A stretch of 63,377 bases of DNA, the filler included, from a candidate division WOR-3 bacterium (lineage in GTDB: Bacteria > SDB-A), in assembly GCA_016934535.1 (NCBI GenBank). It is 5 parts of 5 records of this genome, joined end to end, with 100 filler letters (N's around TTAATTAATTAA, not from the genome) between each part and the next. Parts side by side here need not be neighbours in the genome. Positions count along the whole stretch, not along the records: positions 33,211 to 45,345 come from JAFGSQ010000075.1; positions 45,446 to 56,703 come from JAFGSQ010000009.1; 3 more parts are not named here. The stretch is one strand, 5' to 3'. The notes under the pieces were generated by a model. The model saw nothing but the letters and a program-made list of their open reading frames with translations, was not told where the DNA came from and did not search any database. A program made the translations under genes and the position numbers. Below, in pieces: positions 38,193 through 48,758 of this stretch (position 1 is the stretch's first letter; each line of letters opens with the position of its first letter).

Positions 38193-39794
38193 ATGAACAA
38201 GAAAGTAAAAATATTTTTGATGACTGCAATGGTTGTGTCGGTTTCACTGTCGAGATTTTTTTGGCTGGGAGACATGGAAGTTCAGCCCTGGGATGAAGCA
38301 ATGTATGCTTCGAGGGCCAAAAGCGTCGTGATGCATGGGAGCTGGCTCGATCAGACCGAGCATTCTGTAAACGGCTTGTATTCTTCTTCTCATCCTCCTC
38401 TGTATATATGGCTTTCAGCCCTCGTCATGAAATTTTCCGGATTTACGCCGTTCGCCGCGCGATTTTGGTCGGCTGTAGCCGGTGCAATTTCCGTTTTGAT
38501 GTTTTTTAGTATTATTGACAACAAACTCGCGGGTTTTTTTTCGGCGATGATTCTCGGAACCAACGCGTTTTACTTTTCGTATTCCAGGCAGGGACAGCTC
38601 GACGTATTTTGCGCCTTCTGGATTTGTGCCGGACTCCTGACTTTTATTCGGTACGACAAAGGGAAAGGATTTCTGTATTTGTTGCTGGCGGGAATTTGTT
38701 TCGGCTTTTCCCTGATGAGTAAAATCCTCGTGGGGATGTTTTTACCGGCGACTGTTTTTATATTTTTACTTGTTCAGGTTCTGTCCAGGCGGAAAACCAT
38801 CGGTGCGGCTTTTCGCGAAATGTCAATATTGTCGGCAATCGGAGCCCTGATCGCTCTTCCCTGGCACCTTTACATGATTGTTCTTTACGGGCACGCTTTT
38901 TTGGATAATTTCATCGTTTTCCATCTGGTAAAAAGGACTTTGGAGGGTGTTGAGTCCAACATTCAGAGGCTCGGCGTCCTTTTTTACGTAAATCAGCTGG
39001 CCGTGATGATGCCTGTTTCGCTCGCGGTGCTGGTTTCGCGTTTTTTTAAAATTATCAGGGACAAAAGGTCGGAGGTCGTCATATTTTTCATTCTTTTCGC
39101 CGTCACTTTCACTGTTTTCAGTTTGTCGAAGACCCAGCTGAGAACCTATTCGATCAATTTCATTCCGGCAGTTTCCGTTCTGACCGGATTTTATTTGTCC
39201 GACCTGGCGAGGAATAAGGAAAAGTTCCTCTTTACCGCTCTTCTGTCGGCTGTATTTCTCATTTGGTCCGCTTACCCTTTTTTGAGGTCCGCTTTCAAAT
39301 CTGACCCCGGCGGTCTTCTGATGCCGCTTTTCGTTTTGACTGCGCTGTCTTTCGTATTTGTCTATTTGAATAAAAAATCCAAAAAAGTGCTCGCGTCCCT
39401 GTGTTTGTTTTTTCTCGCCTGCTTGAGCGGAATATTCTCCGAGACCAGACTCTTTTATTCAAGTCAAATTGACCGTTTTGCACACAAGTTTTATTCGGAA
39501 GGATTCACATCGCTTGTCTATGTTGACGACACCGTTCACTTGACCAATCCGCAGATAACGTATTATTTTAATTCGATTGACAGAACCGCGGATACTGGCA
39601 GACAGTTTGTAAGAATTTACAGGAAACCTTTGGATTCTGGTCTCGTAACAGACCTGACGGGCAAAACCCTGATAGTAGTGAATTCGTGGCACGAAAATCC
39701 GGAGGTTATTAAAATAGAGAGTTTTTTGAAAAAGAAACTGAACCCGAGGATGATAGGCGCAAACGAATTCTATAGAATTTATGAATCAGAATGA
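38193..39794 (+). CDS. GT-C glycosyltransferase (ArnT/PMT-like)
   Basis: WDEAMY, HPPLYIW, ARFWS, LMSK and LPWH motifs; many TM segments. Confidence 0.85.
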   Translation: MNKKVKIFLMTAMVVSVSLSRFFWLGDMEVQPWDEAMYASRAKSVVMHGSWLDQTEHSVNGLYSSSHPPLYIWLSALVMKFSGFTPFAARFWSAVAGAISVLMFFSIIDNKLAGFFSAMILGTNAFYFSYSRQGQLDVFCAFWICAGLLTFIRYDKGKGFLYLLLAGICFGFSLMSKILVGMFLPATVFIFLLVQVLSRRKTIGAAFREMSILSAIGALIALPWHLYMIVLYGHAFLDNFIVFHLVKRTLEGVESNIQRLGVLFYVNQLAVMMPVSLAVLVSRFFKIIRDKRSEVVIFFILFAVTFTVFSLSKTQLRTYSINFIPAVSVLTGFYLSDLARNKEKFLFTALLSAVFLIWSAYPFLRSAFKSDPGGLLMPLFVLTALSFVFVYLNKKSKKVLASLCLFFLACLSGIFSETRLFYSSQIDRFAHKFYSEGFTSLVYVDDTVHLTNPQITYYFNSIDRTADTGRQFVRIYRKPLDSGLVTDLTGKTLIVVNSWHENPEVIKIESFLKKKLNPRMIGANEFYRIYESE

Positions 39795-40782
39795 GAAAAC
39801 AATTAAGGGGTTGAAACTCGACGGCGGATTTGAGTTGAAAATCCGGGAAGCATTTTCAAAAATTTCCCTTGAAAATAAACTCTGGGTCGCGTGCAGCGGA
39901 GGGGGAGATTCAATTGCGCTGGCATACCTTTCCGATTATATTGCCGGAGAAAGACTGAAAGGACTTGTCTATTTCGATCACGGGCAGAGAGATAAGGAAC
40001 AATTGGCAGAGGAGTCGTTGCTGGTCGAATCCGTCAGCAGATCCCTCGGCGTCGTATTTGTTCGGGGAGAGATTATAAATGCCGTTTCGGGCATGTCGGA
40101 GGAGCTGCTGCGGAAAAAAAGGTACGAGTATTTTGACGAATTTGCCCTAAAAAACAAAGCGATGATATTGCTCGGTCACAACCTGGACGACCGTATTGAG
40201 ACTTTTATGTTCAATCTTATGAGGGGAACCGGGACGAACGGACTTCTATCCATCAAGCAAAGTCGAAGCAGTTATTTCAGACCCCTTCTTTCGCTTACCA
40301 GATCGGAAATAAGGAAATTCCTCGATGAAAATTCTATCGAGCACAAAGACGACCCTTCCAATCTGTCTTTGAATTTCAAGAGAAACAGGATCAGAAAAAC
40401 TTTGATGCCGCTTTTCGGAGATATTTCCGGCAGAAATTACAGGATTTTCTTCGAGAGGCTTTTTTTCTCTCTCGAACTCGATTTCGAAGCCCTCGAATCA
40501 CACGATGAACGTCTTTTAAATGAAGTTGCCTGGCTGGGGCCGACAGGTTATACTATAAAACTTGAAGCGTTTAACCGGATACCGGATCATTCTAAAAGGA
40601 GAATCCTTAGAAAAGCTGCATTTAGATCGGGACATAATTCATTGAGCAGCCGTCAAACGGAAAGACTTTTGCTTTTGAGCGGAGGCCGCGCCGGGTCTAA
40701 AGTTTTCTGCAGCGGACTCAGAGCCTTCAGAAGAAAAGGAATGCTAATCATATTAAACAAACAGGTAACGGAATGGAAATAA
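39781..40782 (+). CDS. tilS: tRNA(Ile)-lysidine synthetase
   Basis: ACSGGGDS, GHNLDDRIET, RPLL and DPSN...RNRIR motifs. Confidence 0.92.
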   Translation: MNQNEKTIKGLKLDGGFELKIREAFSKISLENKLWVACSGGGDSIALAYLSDYIAGERLKGLVYFDHGQRDKEQLAEESLLVESVSRSLGVVFVRGEIINAVSGMSEELLRKKRYEYFDEFALKNKAMILLGHNLDDRIETFMFNLMRGTGTNGLLSIKQSRSSYFRPLLSLTRSEIRKFLDENSIEHKDDPSNLSLNFKRNRIRKTLMPLFGDISGRNYRIFFERLFFSLELDFEALESHDERLLNEVAWLGPTGYTIKLEAFNRIPDHSKRRILRKAAFRSGHNSLSSRQTERLLLLSGGRAGSKVFCSGLRAFRRKGMLIILNKQVTEWK

Positions 40783-41291
40783 AAGAAGTAATTCTTGGTG
40801 AAAAAGAAATAGAGCTTGCAGTCAGGAATCTTGCAAGAGAACTGAACAACGTTTATAAAGACGACGATAAAGTCGTTCTTGTTGCCATACTTAAAGGTTC
40901 CGTTGTTTTCGCCTCCGATCTCATGCGTAAACTCTCATTTTCAGTAGAACTCGATTTCATCGCCGCTTCTTCGTATGGATCTTCGACGCAGACGAGCGGA
41001 GTCGTCAGAATAACAAGAGACCTCGATACTTCGATAGCCGGAAGAAACGTTCTTCTGGTCGAGGACATTGTCGACACCGGCCTGACTATTTCATACATAA
41101 AAAAACTTCTCGATTCGAGAAATCCGAAAACGCTGAGAATTTGCGCTTTTTTAGATAAACCTTCGAGAAGAAAAACCGATCTGACAATTGACTACACCGG
41201 CGTCAAGATCCCTGATAAATTCGTCGTCGGATACGGTCTTGACTGGAACGAAAAATACCGCAATCTGCCGCGCGTGGCGGTAATAGGCTGA
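40773..41291 (+). CDS. hpt: Hypoxanthine phosphoribosyltransferase
   Basis: ILKGS, LLVEDIVDTGLT and FVVGYGLD motifs. Confidence 0.95.
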   Translation: MEIKEVILGEKEIELAVRNLARELNNVYKDDDKVVLVAILKGSVVFASDLMRKLSFSVELDFIAASSYGSSTQTSGVVRITRDLDTSIAGRNVLLVEDIVDTGLTISYIKKLLDSRNPKTLRICAFLDKPSRRKTDLTIDYTGVKIPDKFVVGYGLDWNEKYRNLPRVAVIG

Positions 41292-41326
41292 TCTGAATTA
41301 AATGACCGCAGGAGGGGAAGCTAAAA

Positions 41327-43195
41327 TTGCCTGACAACAGAAAATTTTCATTTTTAAAAGGTTTACTGTTCTGGATAGCCATAATCATACTCGGATTGGT
41401 TATTTCAGAGATTTGGGGCATGAAAAGGGAAAAAAGAGGGAGCGTCGATTTTTCTTACTTTTACGGCCTTTTGAAAGAAGGAAAAGTGAAATCCCTCGTA
41501 GTCGTCGAACAGGACATAGAAGGAGAACTTACAGAACCTGTGAGGCTCGATCCCGAAGAAGACGAGTTCAAGCTTTTCAAGACAAGAATCCCTTATCCCG
41601 ACCCCGATTTGATAAGAGAGATACTTCAGGACAGTACAGTAGTCGTTTCCTCCAAAAATCCTTCCACTTTCTGGCAGTACATTCTGCCGTGGATACCGAT
41701 TGTAGTGATTTTTGTCGCCTGGATTTTTATATGGCGATACATGATGGACAATCAGGGTTCGGGCAAAGCGTTTTCATTCGCCAAATCGAGAGCGAAAAGA
41801 TTTATAGCCACCAAAAACAAGGTGACTTTCAAAGACGTCGCGGGCGGAGATGAAGCCAAGGAAGAACTCAGGGAAGTCATTGTTTTTTTAAAAGATCCGA
41901 AAAAATTTACAAGGCTTGGCGCAAAAGTGCCAAAGGGAGTTCTTCTGATCGGTGCACCGGGGACAGGAAAAACGCTTCTCGCCAGGGCAGTTGCCGGAGA
42001 AGCTGACGTTCCTTTTTTTTCAATCACCGGCTCGGATTTTGTTGAGATTTTCGTCGGTGTAGGCGCGAGCAGGGTTCGTGATCTTTTCAGGAATGCCAAG
42101 GAAAACACACCTTGCATAATTTTTATTGACGAAATAGACGCCGTGGGTAGACACAGAGGAAATTCCCTCTCAGGAGCTCACGAGGAGAGGGAGCAGACCC
42201 TGAACGCTTTGTTGTCTGAGATGGACGGATTCGAACAGAATCAGGGTATCATAGTCGTTGCGGCCACCAACCGTCCAGAAATACTCGACGCAGCGCTTCT
42301 CAGACCCGGCAGATTTGACAGGAGAGTCATAGTCGACGTTCCTGATGTAATCGGAAGAAAAGGGATTCTCGAAGTGCACACGAAAAATCTACCGCTCGCT
42401 CCCGGCGTGGATCTGGGAATTCTTGCCAAGCAAACTCCGGGATTCGTCGGAGCGGATCTCGCGAACATGGCCAACGAAGCAGCTCTTCAGGCGGCAAAGA
42501 AAAATAAAGATTATCTCGAGATGTCGGATTTCGAATGGGCCAAAGACAAGATATTGATGGGTGTCGAAAGAAAATCCCTGTTGATCAGCGAGAAAGAGAA
42601 AATTATCACCGCCAATCACGAAGCCGGACACGCAATAGTTGCGAAATTTCTGGAAGAATCCGATCCTATACACAAGGTTTCAATAATTCCCAGAGGAAGA
42701 GCTCTCGGTGTCACTCAGTCCCTTCCCATAGACGATAAGCGGATTTACAGAAAAACTTATATCGAAGGTATGCTGTGTCAGCTTCTCGGAGGAAGAGCCG
42801 CGGAAATGCTCGTTTTTGGAGAGCCGACGACGGGTGCTTCAAACGACCTTGAAAAGGCGTCGCAGATAGCAAGGACAGTGGTCACCGAGTGGGGAATGAG
42901 CGATAAGATAGGACCGATCAATTTCGGCAGAAACGACGAAAGATTTTCAATAGGCGGAAAGGAATTTTCCCAGGGAAAAGAATATTCCGAGGCCACCGCC
43001 GTAGTCATAGACGAAGAAGTGAAGAAAATATTGGATTCCTCATACGATAAGGCCGCCGCGATACTGCGTGACAATTTTGACGTATTTGAAAAGACAGTTA
43101 AAAAACTTCTTGAAAAAGAGGTGGTAACGGGCGCTGAAATAGATGAAATAATAGTCGAATGCGGCAAAACCCCTTTGAACAAAGAAACAGAATGA
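41327..43195 (+). CDS. ftsH: ATP-dependent zinc metalloprotease FtsH
   Basis: Two TM segments, [25 protein letters not shown] and HEAGH motifs. Confidence 0.97.
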   Translation: MPDNRKFSFLKGLLFWIAIIILGLVISEIWGMKREKRGSVDFSYFYGLLKEGKVKSLVVVEQDIEGELTEPVRLDPEEDEFKLFKTRIPYPDPDLIREILQDSTVVVSSKNPSTFWQYILPWIPIVVIFVAWIFIWRYMMDNQGSGKAFSFAKSRAKRFIATKNKVTFKDVAGGDEAKEELREVIVFLKDPKKFTRLGAKVPKGVLLIGAPGTGKTLLARAVAGEADVPFFSITGSDFVEIFVGVGASRVRDLFRNAKENTPCIIFIDEIDAVGRHRGNSLSGAHEEREQTLNALLSEMDGFEQNQGIIVVAATNRPEILDAALLRPGRFDRRVIVDVPDVIGRKGILEVHTKNLPLAPGVDLGILAKQTPGFVGADLANMANEAALQAAKKNKDYLEMSDFEWAKDKILMGVERKSLLISEKEKIITANHEAGHAIVAKFLEESDPIHKVSIIPRGRALGVTQSLPIDDKRIYRKTYIEGMLCQLLGGRAAEMLVFGEPTTGASNDLEKASQIARTVVTEWGMSDKIGPINFGRNDERFSIGGKEFSQGKEYSEATAVVIDEEVKKILDSSYDKAAAILRDNFDVFEKTVKKLLEKEVVTGAEIDEIIVECGKTPLNKETE

Positions 43196-44403
43196 AAGTC
43201 CAGATCTGCTCGTTGGAAGACCGGAGAGACGTTTACAAAGTTTTTGAAAGGATTGGCGTCGATCCGGAGGCGTGGGAGATCATGTGGAAAAAATCTGCGA
43301 CCCTGTGCCTTCTTGTCGACGACCTCTCCATGGCGGGAGGGAATGTGCTTAAACAGACAGCTCTTTCGTCGGGAGCCGAAGCCGCAGTGTCCGGCGGAAT
43401 AATCAACGGAACATCTCCGAGGACAAAAGTACTCCTCATGGGGACAAGGTCTCAGCTTTCATTGGTGGCGTCGAAGATAAAGATCCAGCAGTTCCACCTG
43501 AGCGAACTTTCGGATATTATGGAAAATATTTTGTTGAAAAACGAGGCGCACGGATCACCTGTATGGAAAATGAGAGACAAGGAGATAAAACTCGACAGAC
43601 CGAGGATAATCGGAATAATCAACGTCACGCCGGACAGTTTCTACCAAGATTCGAGAAATTACGACCCTCAAAGCGCCGTAGATCTCGCTATGAAAATGGC
43701 TGAACAGGGCGCGGACATGCTCGACATAGGAGGAGAATCCTCTAGACCCGGCAGTTCTCCTCTTGACCTTGAAGAGGAAGCGAAAAGAGTTTTACCCGTG
43801 ATCAGAAAAGTGAGAGAGAAGACTTTTTTGCCCGTTTCAATAGACACGGTGAACCCGACGACTGCTGAGACGGCCCTCGGGGAAGGTTGTGACGTGATCA
43901 ACGACATTTCGGGATTCGAAAACCCGAAAATGACGGATGCTGCCGTAAAATACAATTCCGGAGCCGTAATCATGCACAAGAAAGGCCAACCTTCGGAAAT
44001 GCAGAAAAACCCTCATTACGACGACGTTTTTGAGGAAGTGAGGGACTTTTTGAAAAAAAGAGTTGAAGTCGCCGAATCTTCAGGAGTGCGACATGAAAAC
44101 ATAGTCTGTGATCCTGGAATTGGTTTCGGCAAGACAGCTGCACACAATCTTGCATTGCTGAGGAGATTAGCGGATATGAAAGCCTATCTGGACAAGCCTG
44201 TTTACATAGGTCTGTCCAGAAAATCTCTTGTAGGCGCTCTCGGCGGGGGCCAGACTCCTGCCGAAAGGCTTTACGGCTCTTTATCTCTTTCAACTCTCGC
44301 TCTGACAGAGGGAGTAATGCTTTTCAGGACTCACGACGTGCTCGAAACAAAAAAAGCCCTCGATACAGCCTTCGAAGCGCTCAGGAACGGCAGATGGGTT
44401 TAG
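43192..44403 (+). CDS. folP: Dihydropteroate synthase with N-terminal extension
   Basis: GIINVTPDSF, DIGGESSRPG, DPGIGFGK, GLSRKS and RTHDV motifs. Confidence 0.93.
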   Translation: MKVQICSLEDRRDVYKVFERIGVDPEAWEIMWKKSATLCLLVDDLSMAGGNVLKQTALSSGAEAAVSGGIINGTSPRTKVLLMGTRSQLSLVASKIKIQQFHLSELSDIMENILLKNEAHGSPVWKMRDKEIKLDRPRIIGIINVTPDSFYQDSRNYDPQSAVDLAMKMAEQGADMLDIGGESSRPGSSPLDLEEEAKRVLPVIRKVREKTFLPVSIDTVNPTTAETALGEGCDVINDISGFENPKMTDAAVKYNSGAVIMHKKGQPSEMQKNPHYDDVFEEVRDFLKKRVEVAESSGVRHENIVCDPGIGFGKTAAHNLALLRRLADMKAYLDKPVYIGLSRKSLVGALGGGQTPAERLYGSLSLSTLALTEGVMLFRTHDVLETKKALDTAFEALRNGRWV

Positions 44404-45221
44404 TACAGTTCATTACTCTCGACGTGATAGATATTTTTCTTGTATCCCTGATAATTTACTTCATGCTTCTTTTTTTCCGGGGCACAAAAGCGATTTCGAT
44501 GCTGACAGGACTCATCATTGTTTTTCTTTTGGGCTTTTTGGCCAACATACTTCAACTCAGGGCTTTGTCGTGGCTTCTGAAAGGTCTTGAAACGGTATGG
44601 CTGATAGCATTTGTGATTGTTTTTCAGCCGGAAATCAGATCCATACTCTCTTCGATTGGGAAAAAACAGTATTTCAATTTCCTGAGAAGAGAGCGCGAAG
44701 AACAGGACGAGATAAAGAATATTGACGAAATAGTGGAAGCCTGTCAGTGGCTTTCCGATCAATATACGGGTGCTCTGATAGTGATTGAGAGAATGATAGG
44801 GCTGAAACATCTTCTCAGGGAGGACGGAGTGAGTCTCGACGCTACGGTTTCGAGTTATCTTCTCGAGACTATATTTTCAAAAGGGTCTCCTCTTCACGAC
44901 GGAGCCGTGATAATAAAGAATTCGAAGATTATTGCCGCAAAGACGAGGCTCCCCTGGACAAACAGATATCTGGGGAAAGAAACCAGCCAGCTCGGCATGC
45001 GACACAGGGCGGCAATGGGTATAGCTGAAGAAACAGACGCCATAAGTATTGTGGTTTCCGAACAGACGGGCGATATATCTATAGCTATAGGTAAAAGACT
45101 TATAAGGAAAATCGACGCGGACACCTTGAAAGTCAATCTCACACAGAACCTTGTCGAACCTCAGAAGAGCAAAAGAAGATGGATGGATGAAATTAAAAGC
45201 GTGATGGAAAAAATCAAATGA
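44394..45221 (+). CDS. cdaA: Diadenylate cyclase CdaA
   Basis: Three TM segments, FQPEIR, PLHDGA and GMRHRAA motifs. Confidence 0.92.
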   Translation: MGLVQFITLDVIDIFLVSLIIYFMLLFFRGTKAISMLTGLIIVFLLGFLANILQLRALSWLLKGLETVWLIAFVIVFQPEIRSILSSIGKKQYFNFLRREREEQDEIKNIDEIVEACQWLSDQYTGALIVIERMIGLKHLLREDGVSLDATVSSYLLETIFSKGSPLHDGAVIIKNSKIIAAKTRLPWTNRYLGKETSQLGMRHRAAMGIAEETDAISIVVSEQTGDISIAIGKRLIRKIDADTLKVNLTQNLVEPQKSKRRWMDEIKSVMEKIK

Positions 45222-45258
45222 ACATAATCTTTTTTGTCAAACAAGGAGAATTTGCGCT

Positions 45259-45345
45259 ATGAGCAGGATCCGAACAGCGATGTTTGCGGCAGTGACTTTA
45301 ATAAGCGGGATAGTATATTACTACACGATGTCGCCGACAGTGGCG
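45259..45345 (+). CDS. 5' fragment of a membrane protein (DUF2723-like), cut by the contig edge
   Basis: AAGGAG RBS; MSRIRTAMFAAVTLISGIVYYYTMSPTVA matches the YxxTxxPTV start of that family. Confidence 0.55.
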
Positions 45346-45445
45346 NNNNNNNNNNNNNNNNNNNNNNNNNNNNNNNNNNNNNNNNNNNNTTAATTAATTA
45401 ANNNNNNNNNNNNNNNNNNNNNNNNNNNNNNNNNNNNNNNNNNNN
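45346..45445. other. Artificial contig linker
   Basis: N run containing TTAATTAATTAA. Confidence 0.98.
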
Positions 45446-45458
45446 GAAGGAAAGATGA

Positions 45459-45532
45459 GGGCGAATGGCTCAGATGGTTAGAGCGCCGGTCTCACATACC
45501 GGAGGTCAGAGGTTCAATTCCTCTTTCGCCCA
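45459..45532 (+). tRNA. tRNA-Val(CAC)
   Basis: GGGCGAA/TTCGCCC acceptor stem, CCGGT-CTCACAT-ACCGG anticodon arm, GGTTCAATTCC T arm; CCA not encoded. Confidence 0.93.
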
Positions 45533-45543
45533 GTTATCGACAA

Positions 45544-45573
45544 GCGGGATAGCTCACTATCCCCGTTTTTTTT
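45544..45573 (+). terminator. Terminator downstream of tRNA-Val
   Basis: CGGGATAG-ctca-CTATCCCCG followed by a T tract. Confidence 0.75.
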
Positions 45574-45589
45574 GTCCGGAGATGTTCTC

Positions 45590-46324
45590 GTGACCAATCC
45601 TCTGGACAGCCTCAATGAACTTCACAAACTTGATCAGAGAATTATTAAACTCAAGGAAAGAATGGATTCCATACCTGAAAGACTCTTTAAGCTGAATGAA
45701 AATTTTAAAAAAAGAGAAACTGAAATTGAAAGAGAAAAGGAATCCCTGAAATCCAACGAAGTCGCCAGAAAAAAGATAGAAATAGACATAGAGGAATTCG
45801 AAAACAAGATAAGCACTTATAAACTTCAGCTTCAGAAAGTTAAAACCAACGAAGAATACAGGGCGATGGAATCCCAGATAGAATTTTCTAAAAATAAAAT
45901 AAGCGAACTCGAGACGAAAGAGATAGAGATATTCGACGAAATCGACAGAATGAAAAACGAACTTGTCGAACTCCAAAAAAGGCATTTTTCAGAAAAGGAT
46001 AGATTTGAGACCGAAATGAAAAATCTCGAAGAAGAACAGGCGAGAGGAAAAGAGATTCTCGAAGAACTTGAAAAACAGAGGGTCGTGATGGTTTCGGGAT
46101 TCGAAATAAAGTTGCTTAAAAAATACGAAAAAATAAAGAACGCCAGAGGGACTGCTCTGGCTCAGATTTTTCTTTCAGACTCGGAAAACGTCAATTCAAA
46201 GAAAAATTTCTGGGTTTGCGGAGGTTGTAATTCCATGGTGGCGCCGCATCTTGTTGAAGAGGTCAAAATGAAAAAAGATATCGCTCAGTGCGAATCGTGC
46301 GGAAGAATTCTTTTTTTTGAGTGA
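45590..46324 (+). CDS. Coiled-coil protein with C4-type zinc ribbon
   Basis: VKTNEEYRAM, CGGC...CESCGRILF motifs; GTG start inferred. Confidence 0.85.
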   Translation: MTNPLDSLNELHKLDQRIIKLKERMDSIPERLFKLNENFKKRETEIEREKESLKSNEVARKKIEIDIEEFENKISTYKLQLQKVKTNEEYRAMESQIEFSKNKISELETKEIEIFDEIDRMKNELVELQKRHFSEKDRFETEMKNLEEEQARGKEILEELEKQRVVMVSGFEIKLLKKYEKIKNARGTALAQIFLSDSENVNSKKNFWVCGGCNSMVAPHLVEEVKMKKDIAQCESCGRILFFE

Positions 46325-46341
46325 AATTTAAAGGAGAAAGT

Positions 46342-46515
46342 ATGTTTCAAAGCGTCATGATGGTTTATATAGGATTGTGGCTGATAGCGAGCGCTTTGGT
46401 ATTCAGGTCGAGCGCTGACAAATCCAATATAACCTTCGGCATAATAATAGCCGTTTTGGCTTTAGTTCAGGTTTTTTGGACAGTCAAAAGAAATAAAGAG
46501 AAAAAAGGAAAATAA
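46342..46515 (+). CDS. Small two-TM membrane protein (SPW-repeat-like)
   Basis: AAGGAG RBS; GLWLIAS...N...G pattern. Confidence 0.6.
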   Translation: MFQSVMMVYIGLWLIASALVFRSSADKSNITFGIIIAVLALVQVFWTVKRNKEKKGK

Positions 46516-46516
46516 T

Positions 46517-46810
46517 ATGTGGACTTCATGGGCGATTTTTTACATATCATTGTGGATTATGGGTTCCGGATTTGTCATCGGAGGACCGAACAAATTGACA
46601 AACGTCGCCGCGGGTTTTTTTCTTTTAGTCCTGTCCGCCTGGACCGGGATTAAATACAGGAGATCCCTTTTTATCAGGGATATCTCTGCCGACGAAAATG
46701 AACAAAAGAACGCCTCCGACAACAGCGGGAGCGTAGTGAGCGACGATTCTCCAGAGAAGAATGAGAGCGGTGACAGGTCCGTCCCAGCTCAAAGCGAAAC
46801 TGATTCCTGA
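46517..46810 (+). CDS. Small membrane protein (SPW-repeat-like) with polar tail
   Basis: AAGGA RBS; SLWIMGS...NVAAG; overlaps the convergent gene by 186 nt. Confidence 0.55.
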   Translation: MWTSWAIFYISLWIMGSGFVIGGPNKLTNVAAGFFLLVLSAWTGIKYRRSLFIRDISADENEQKNASDNSGSVVSDDSPEKNESGDRSVPAQSETDS

Positions 46811-47737
46811 GAGTTCGGCTATTCCCGCCCCTCCCGGCGTAGGGGCGTAAGCGAGAATGTACGAAAGAGCGACGCCTGTCGCGTAAAGGCCTGCGAGGTC
46901 TCTCTCTGGGCTTAAACTCATAGCCAGACACGGTGTAATAAGAAAATATACTCCCATCTCCGCTACGGCTATCAAAGAAGCAAGAGCGGTTTTTGACGGA
47001 TGCTTGTAAAAGAAAGATTCGTAGTTTTTCGCAAGATGTTCAACCGAATTTAAAAATTTAATCACGTATTTTAAAATCAATCCTGCCGCTTTGTTGCCCC
47101 TGTTTTTGAACAATATCGCTGACGCCAGCTTTTTCACTGATTTGTTTTTGAACATTATAAGATAGAAAAAAACAGCTACTGCAAGATAAAAGGCTAGTAC
47201 GTAATTCGAAAAGCCTGAAAACATGCGGCTTTTAAAAACGCTGTCCGCGTAAATAAACAGCAACGGCAAAGAGACGACGAGAAAAAGGCCGTTCAAAGCG
47301 CTTTTAAAAGTAATGATCGCGACGCTTCTTGAAAAACTGCATCCGGATTTTTTTAATATATAAATTTGATAAGCTATTCCTCCGCTTTGAAGAGGAGTCA
47401 CGGAGGATAAAAAAAACGGACAAAAAGTGAATCTGGCTGTTTTGACGAAAGAAAAAGAGACACCCTGAGCCCTTGTTATCAGCATCATTTTAAGAACACT
47501 CAAAGTCATCTGAAAAAAAACGAGGACGAACGCCAGAAAAATGAAAAAAATGTCAGCACTGGCAACGGCTGTTTTTAAAGAACAAAAACCCTGCATCCAT
47601 CTTTCGGTGAACGAACCGCCTTCTGAGATATTCAGAGGAATGAGAAGTATCCACGCTGAGAGAGTCAGCAAAACGAAAAGAGCGATCCCTTTCCGGATTT
47701 TGCCCGGATCAATAGGAATCGAGATCTTGTTTTTCAA
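46625..47737 (-). CDS. Lysylphosphatidylglycerol-synthase TM / flippase-like protein
   Basis: SSVTPLQSGG, APTPGGAGIAE and LLWR motifs. Confidence 0.85.
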   Translation of the reverse strand: MKNKISIPIDPGKIRKGIALFVLLTLSAWILLIPLNISEGGSFTERWMQGFCSLKTAVASADIFFIFLAFVLVFFQMTLSVLKMMLITRAQGVSFSFVKTARFTFCPFFLSSVTPLQSGGIAYQIYILKKSGCSFSRSVAIITFKSALNGLFLVVSLPLLFIYADSVFKSRMFSGFSNYVLAFYLAVAVFFYLIMFKNKSVKKLASAILFKNRGNKAAGLILKYVIKFLNSVEHLAKNYESFFYKHPSKTALASLIAVAEMGVYFLITPCLAMSLSPERDLAGLYATGVALSYILAYAPTPGGAGIAELSGISFALSWDGPVTALILLWRIVAHYAPAVVGGVLLFIFVGRDIPDKKGSPVFNPGPGGQD

Positions 47738-48758
47738 TGTGCAGGACTCTAAGAGAAATCACGGCTCCGAGAACAGTCGGTATATAGCAAGTAATTATCC
47801 TCCAGGCTAGAGTCAGAAGGCTTATAACTGGAGAACCTTTTGGAATGAAATGACTGAAAGTGCTGCTGAAACCAAGTTCGACAAGACCGCTCCCGCCCGG
47901 AGTCGGCGCGAAAAGAAATACGAAAGTCAAAATGAGCTGAAGAGCCATTGTCTCGATTATTCTGAAATTGTTAAGACCCATGCCGTACATTAAAAAAGCC
48001 GGAATAAGGTAAACCATCATCAGAAAAAGAGCCGTACATAGAAAAGCGAGAAAGAGCATCATTTTGCCTGTCTTGAGATATGTTCTGAGACCTTCCTTGA
48101 AAAAATTGATCTCTTTAAAAACTTTACACACAAACTTGAAGTAAAATCTCGGTTTCTTTTTTGTCTTGTTCCACATAAATCTGCCTATTCGGTAAAAGAA
48201 ATTTTTTGTGTACCTGGGTTTGAAGGCGATGAATAGCGAAACCGTTACGCCCACTGTTATTGCGGTTATCACCCAGAAAAACATAGTGACTGTCAACGGA
48301 TTTTTGGGAAAATAGGGTATTACAACGGGGATAACGAGCACGCTGACTGCGAGCTGGAGTATACCTCTGAAAAGAAGAACAAGAGTCGCCTTGCCGGGAG
48401 ATATGTTTTTTTTGTGAAATATATACATCTGAACCGGAAGACCGCCGGTTTGAAAAGGGGTGACTGTCGCCAGGAAGATTCCCGATACTATGACTTCTAT
48501 TGCAGTCCAGAGTTTTATTCTCTCTCCTGAGCCCATCACGAGAAGCTTGGTTCTCAAAGCGTCCAAAAGGATTGCTCCAGCCCACAGGCCGAGCGATATG
48601 AGCAGAAAGAGAGGGTTTATGTCCCTTAAAATCTGGATTACCGATTCTCTTGTCGCGTTCTTGAGAGAAAAGAAAAATATAAGAAGGAGGGTTACGAACG
48701 TTATTGTCAAAAAAAGCCTGAAACCGAGGGCTATCTGCTTGGTGAGTTTACCCGCCAA
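47709..48758 (-). CDS. Lysylphosphatidylglycerol-synthase TM / flippase-like protein (paralog)
   Basis: TVTPFQTGG, APTPGGSGLVE and LAWR motifs. Confidence 0.85.
   Translation of the reverse strand: MAGKLTKQIALGFRLFLTITFVTLLLIFFFSLKNATRESVIQILRDINPLFLLISLGLWAGAILLDALRTKLLVMGSGERIKLWTAIEVIVSGIFLATVTPFQTGGLPVQMYIFHKKNISPGKATLVLLFRGILQLAVSVLVIPVVIPYFPKNPLTVTMFFWVITAITVGVTVSLFIAFKPRYTKNFFYRIGRFMWNKTKKKPRFYFKFVCKVFKEINFFKEGLRTYLKTGKMMLFLAFLCTALFLMMVYLIPAFLMYGMGLNNFRIIETMALQLILTFVFLFAPTPGGSGLVELGFSSTFSHFIPKGSPVISLLTLAWRIITCYIPTVLGAVISLRVLHIEKQDLDSY

Noticed and set aside
43159-43570. folP N-terminal extension as a novel fusion
   Set aside because: Extended FolP proteins of this type are already known from anaerobic bacteria
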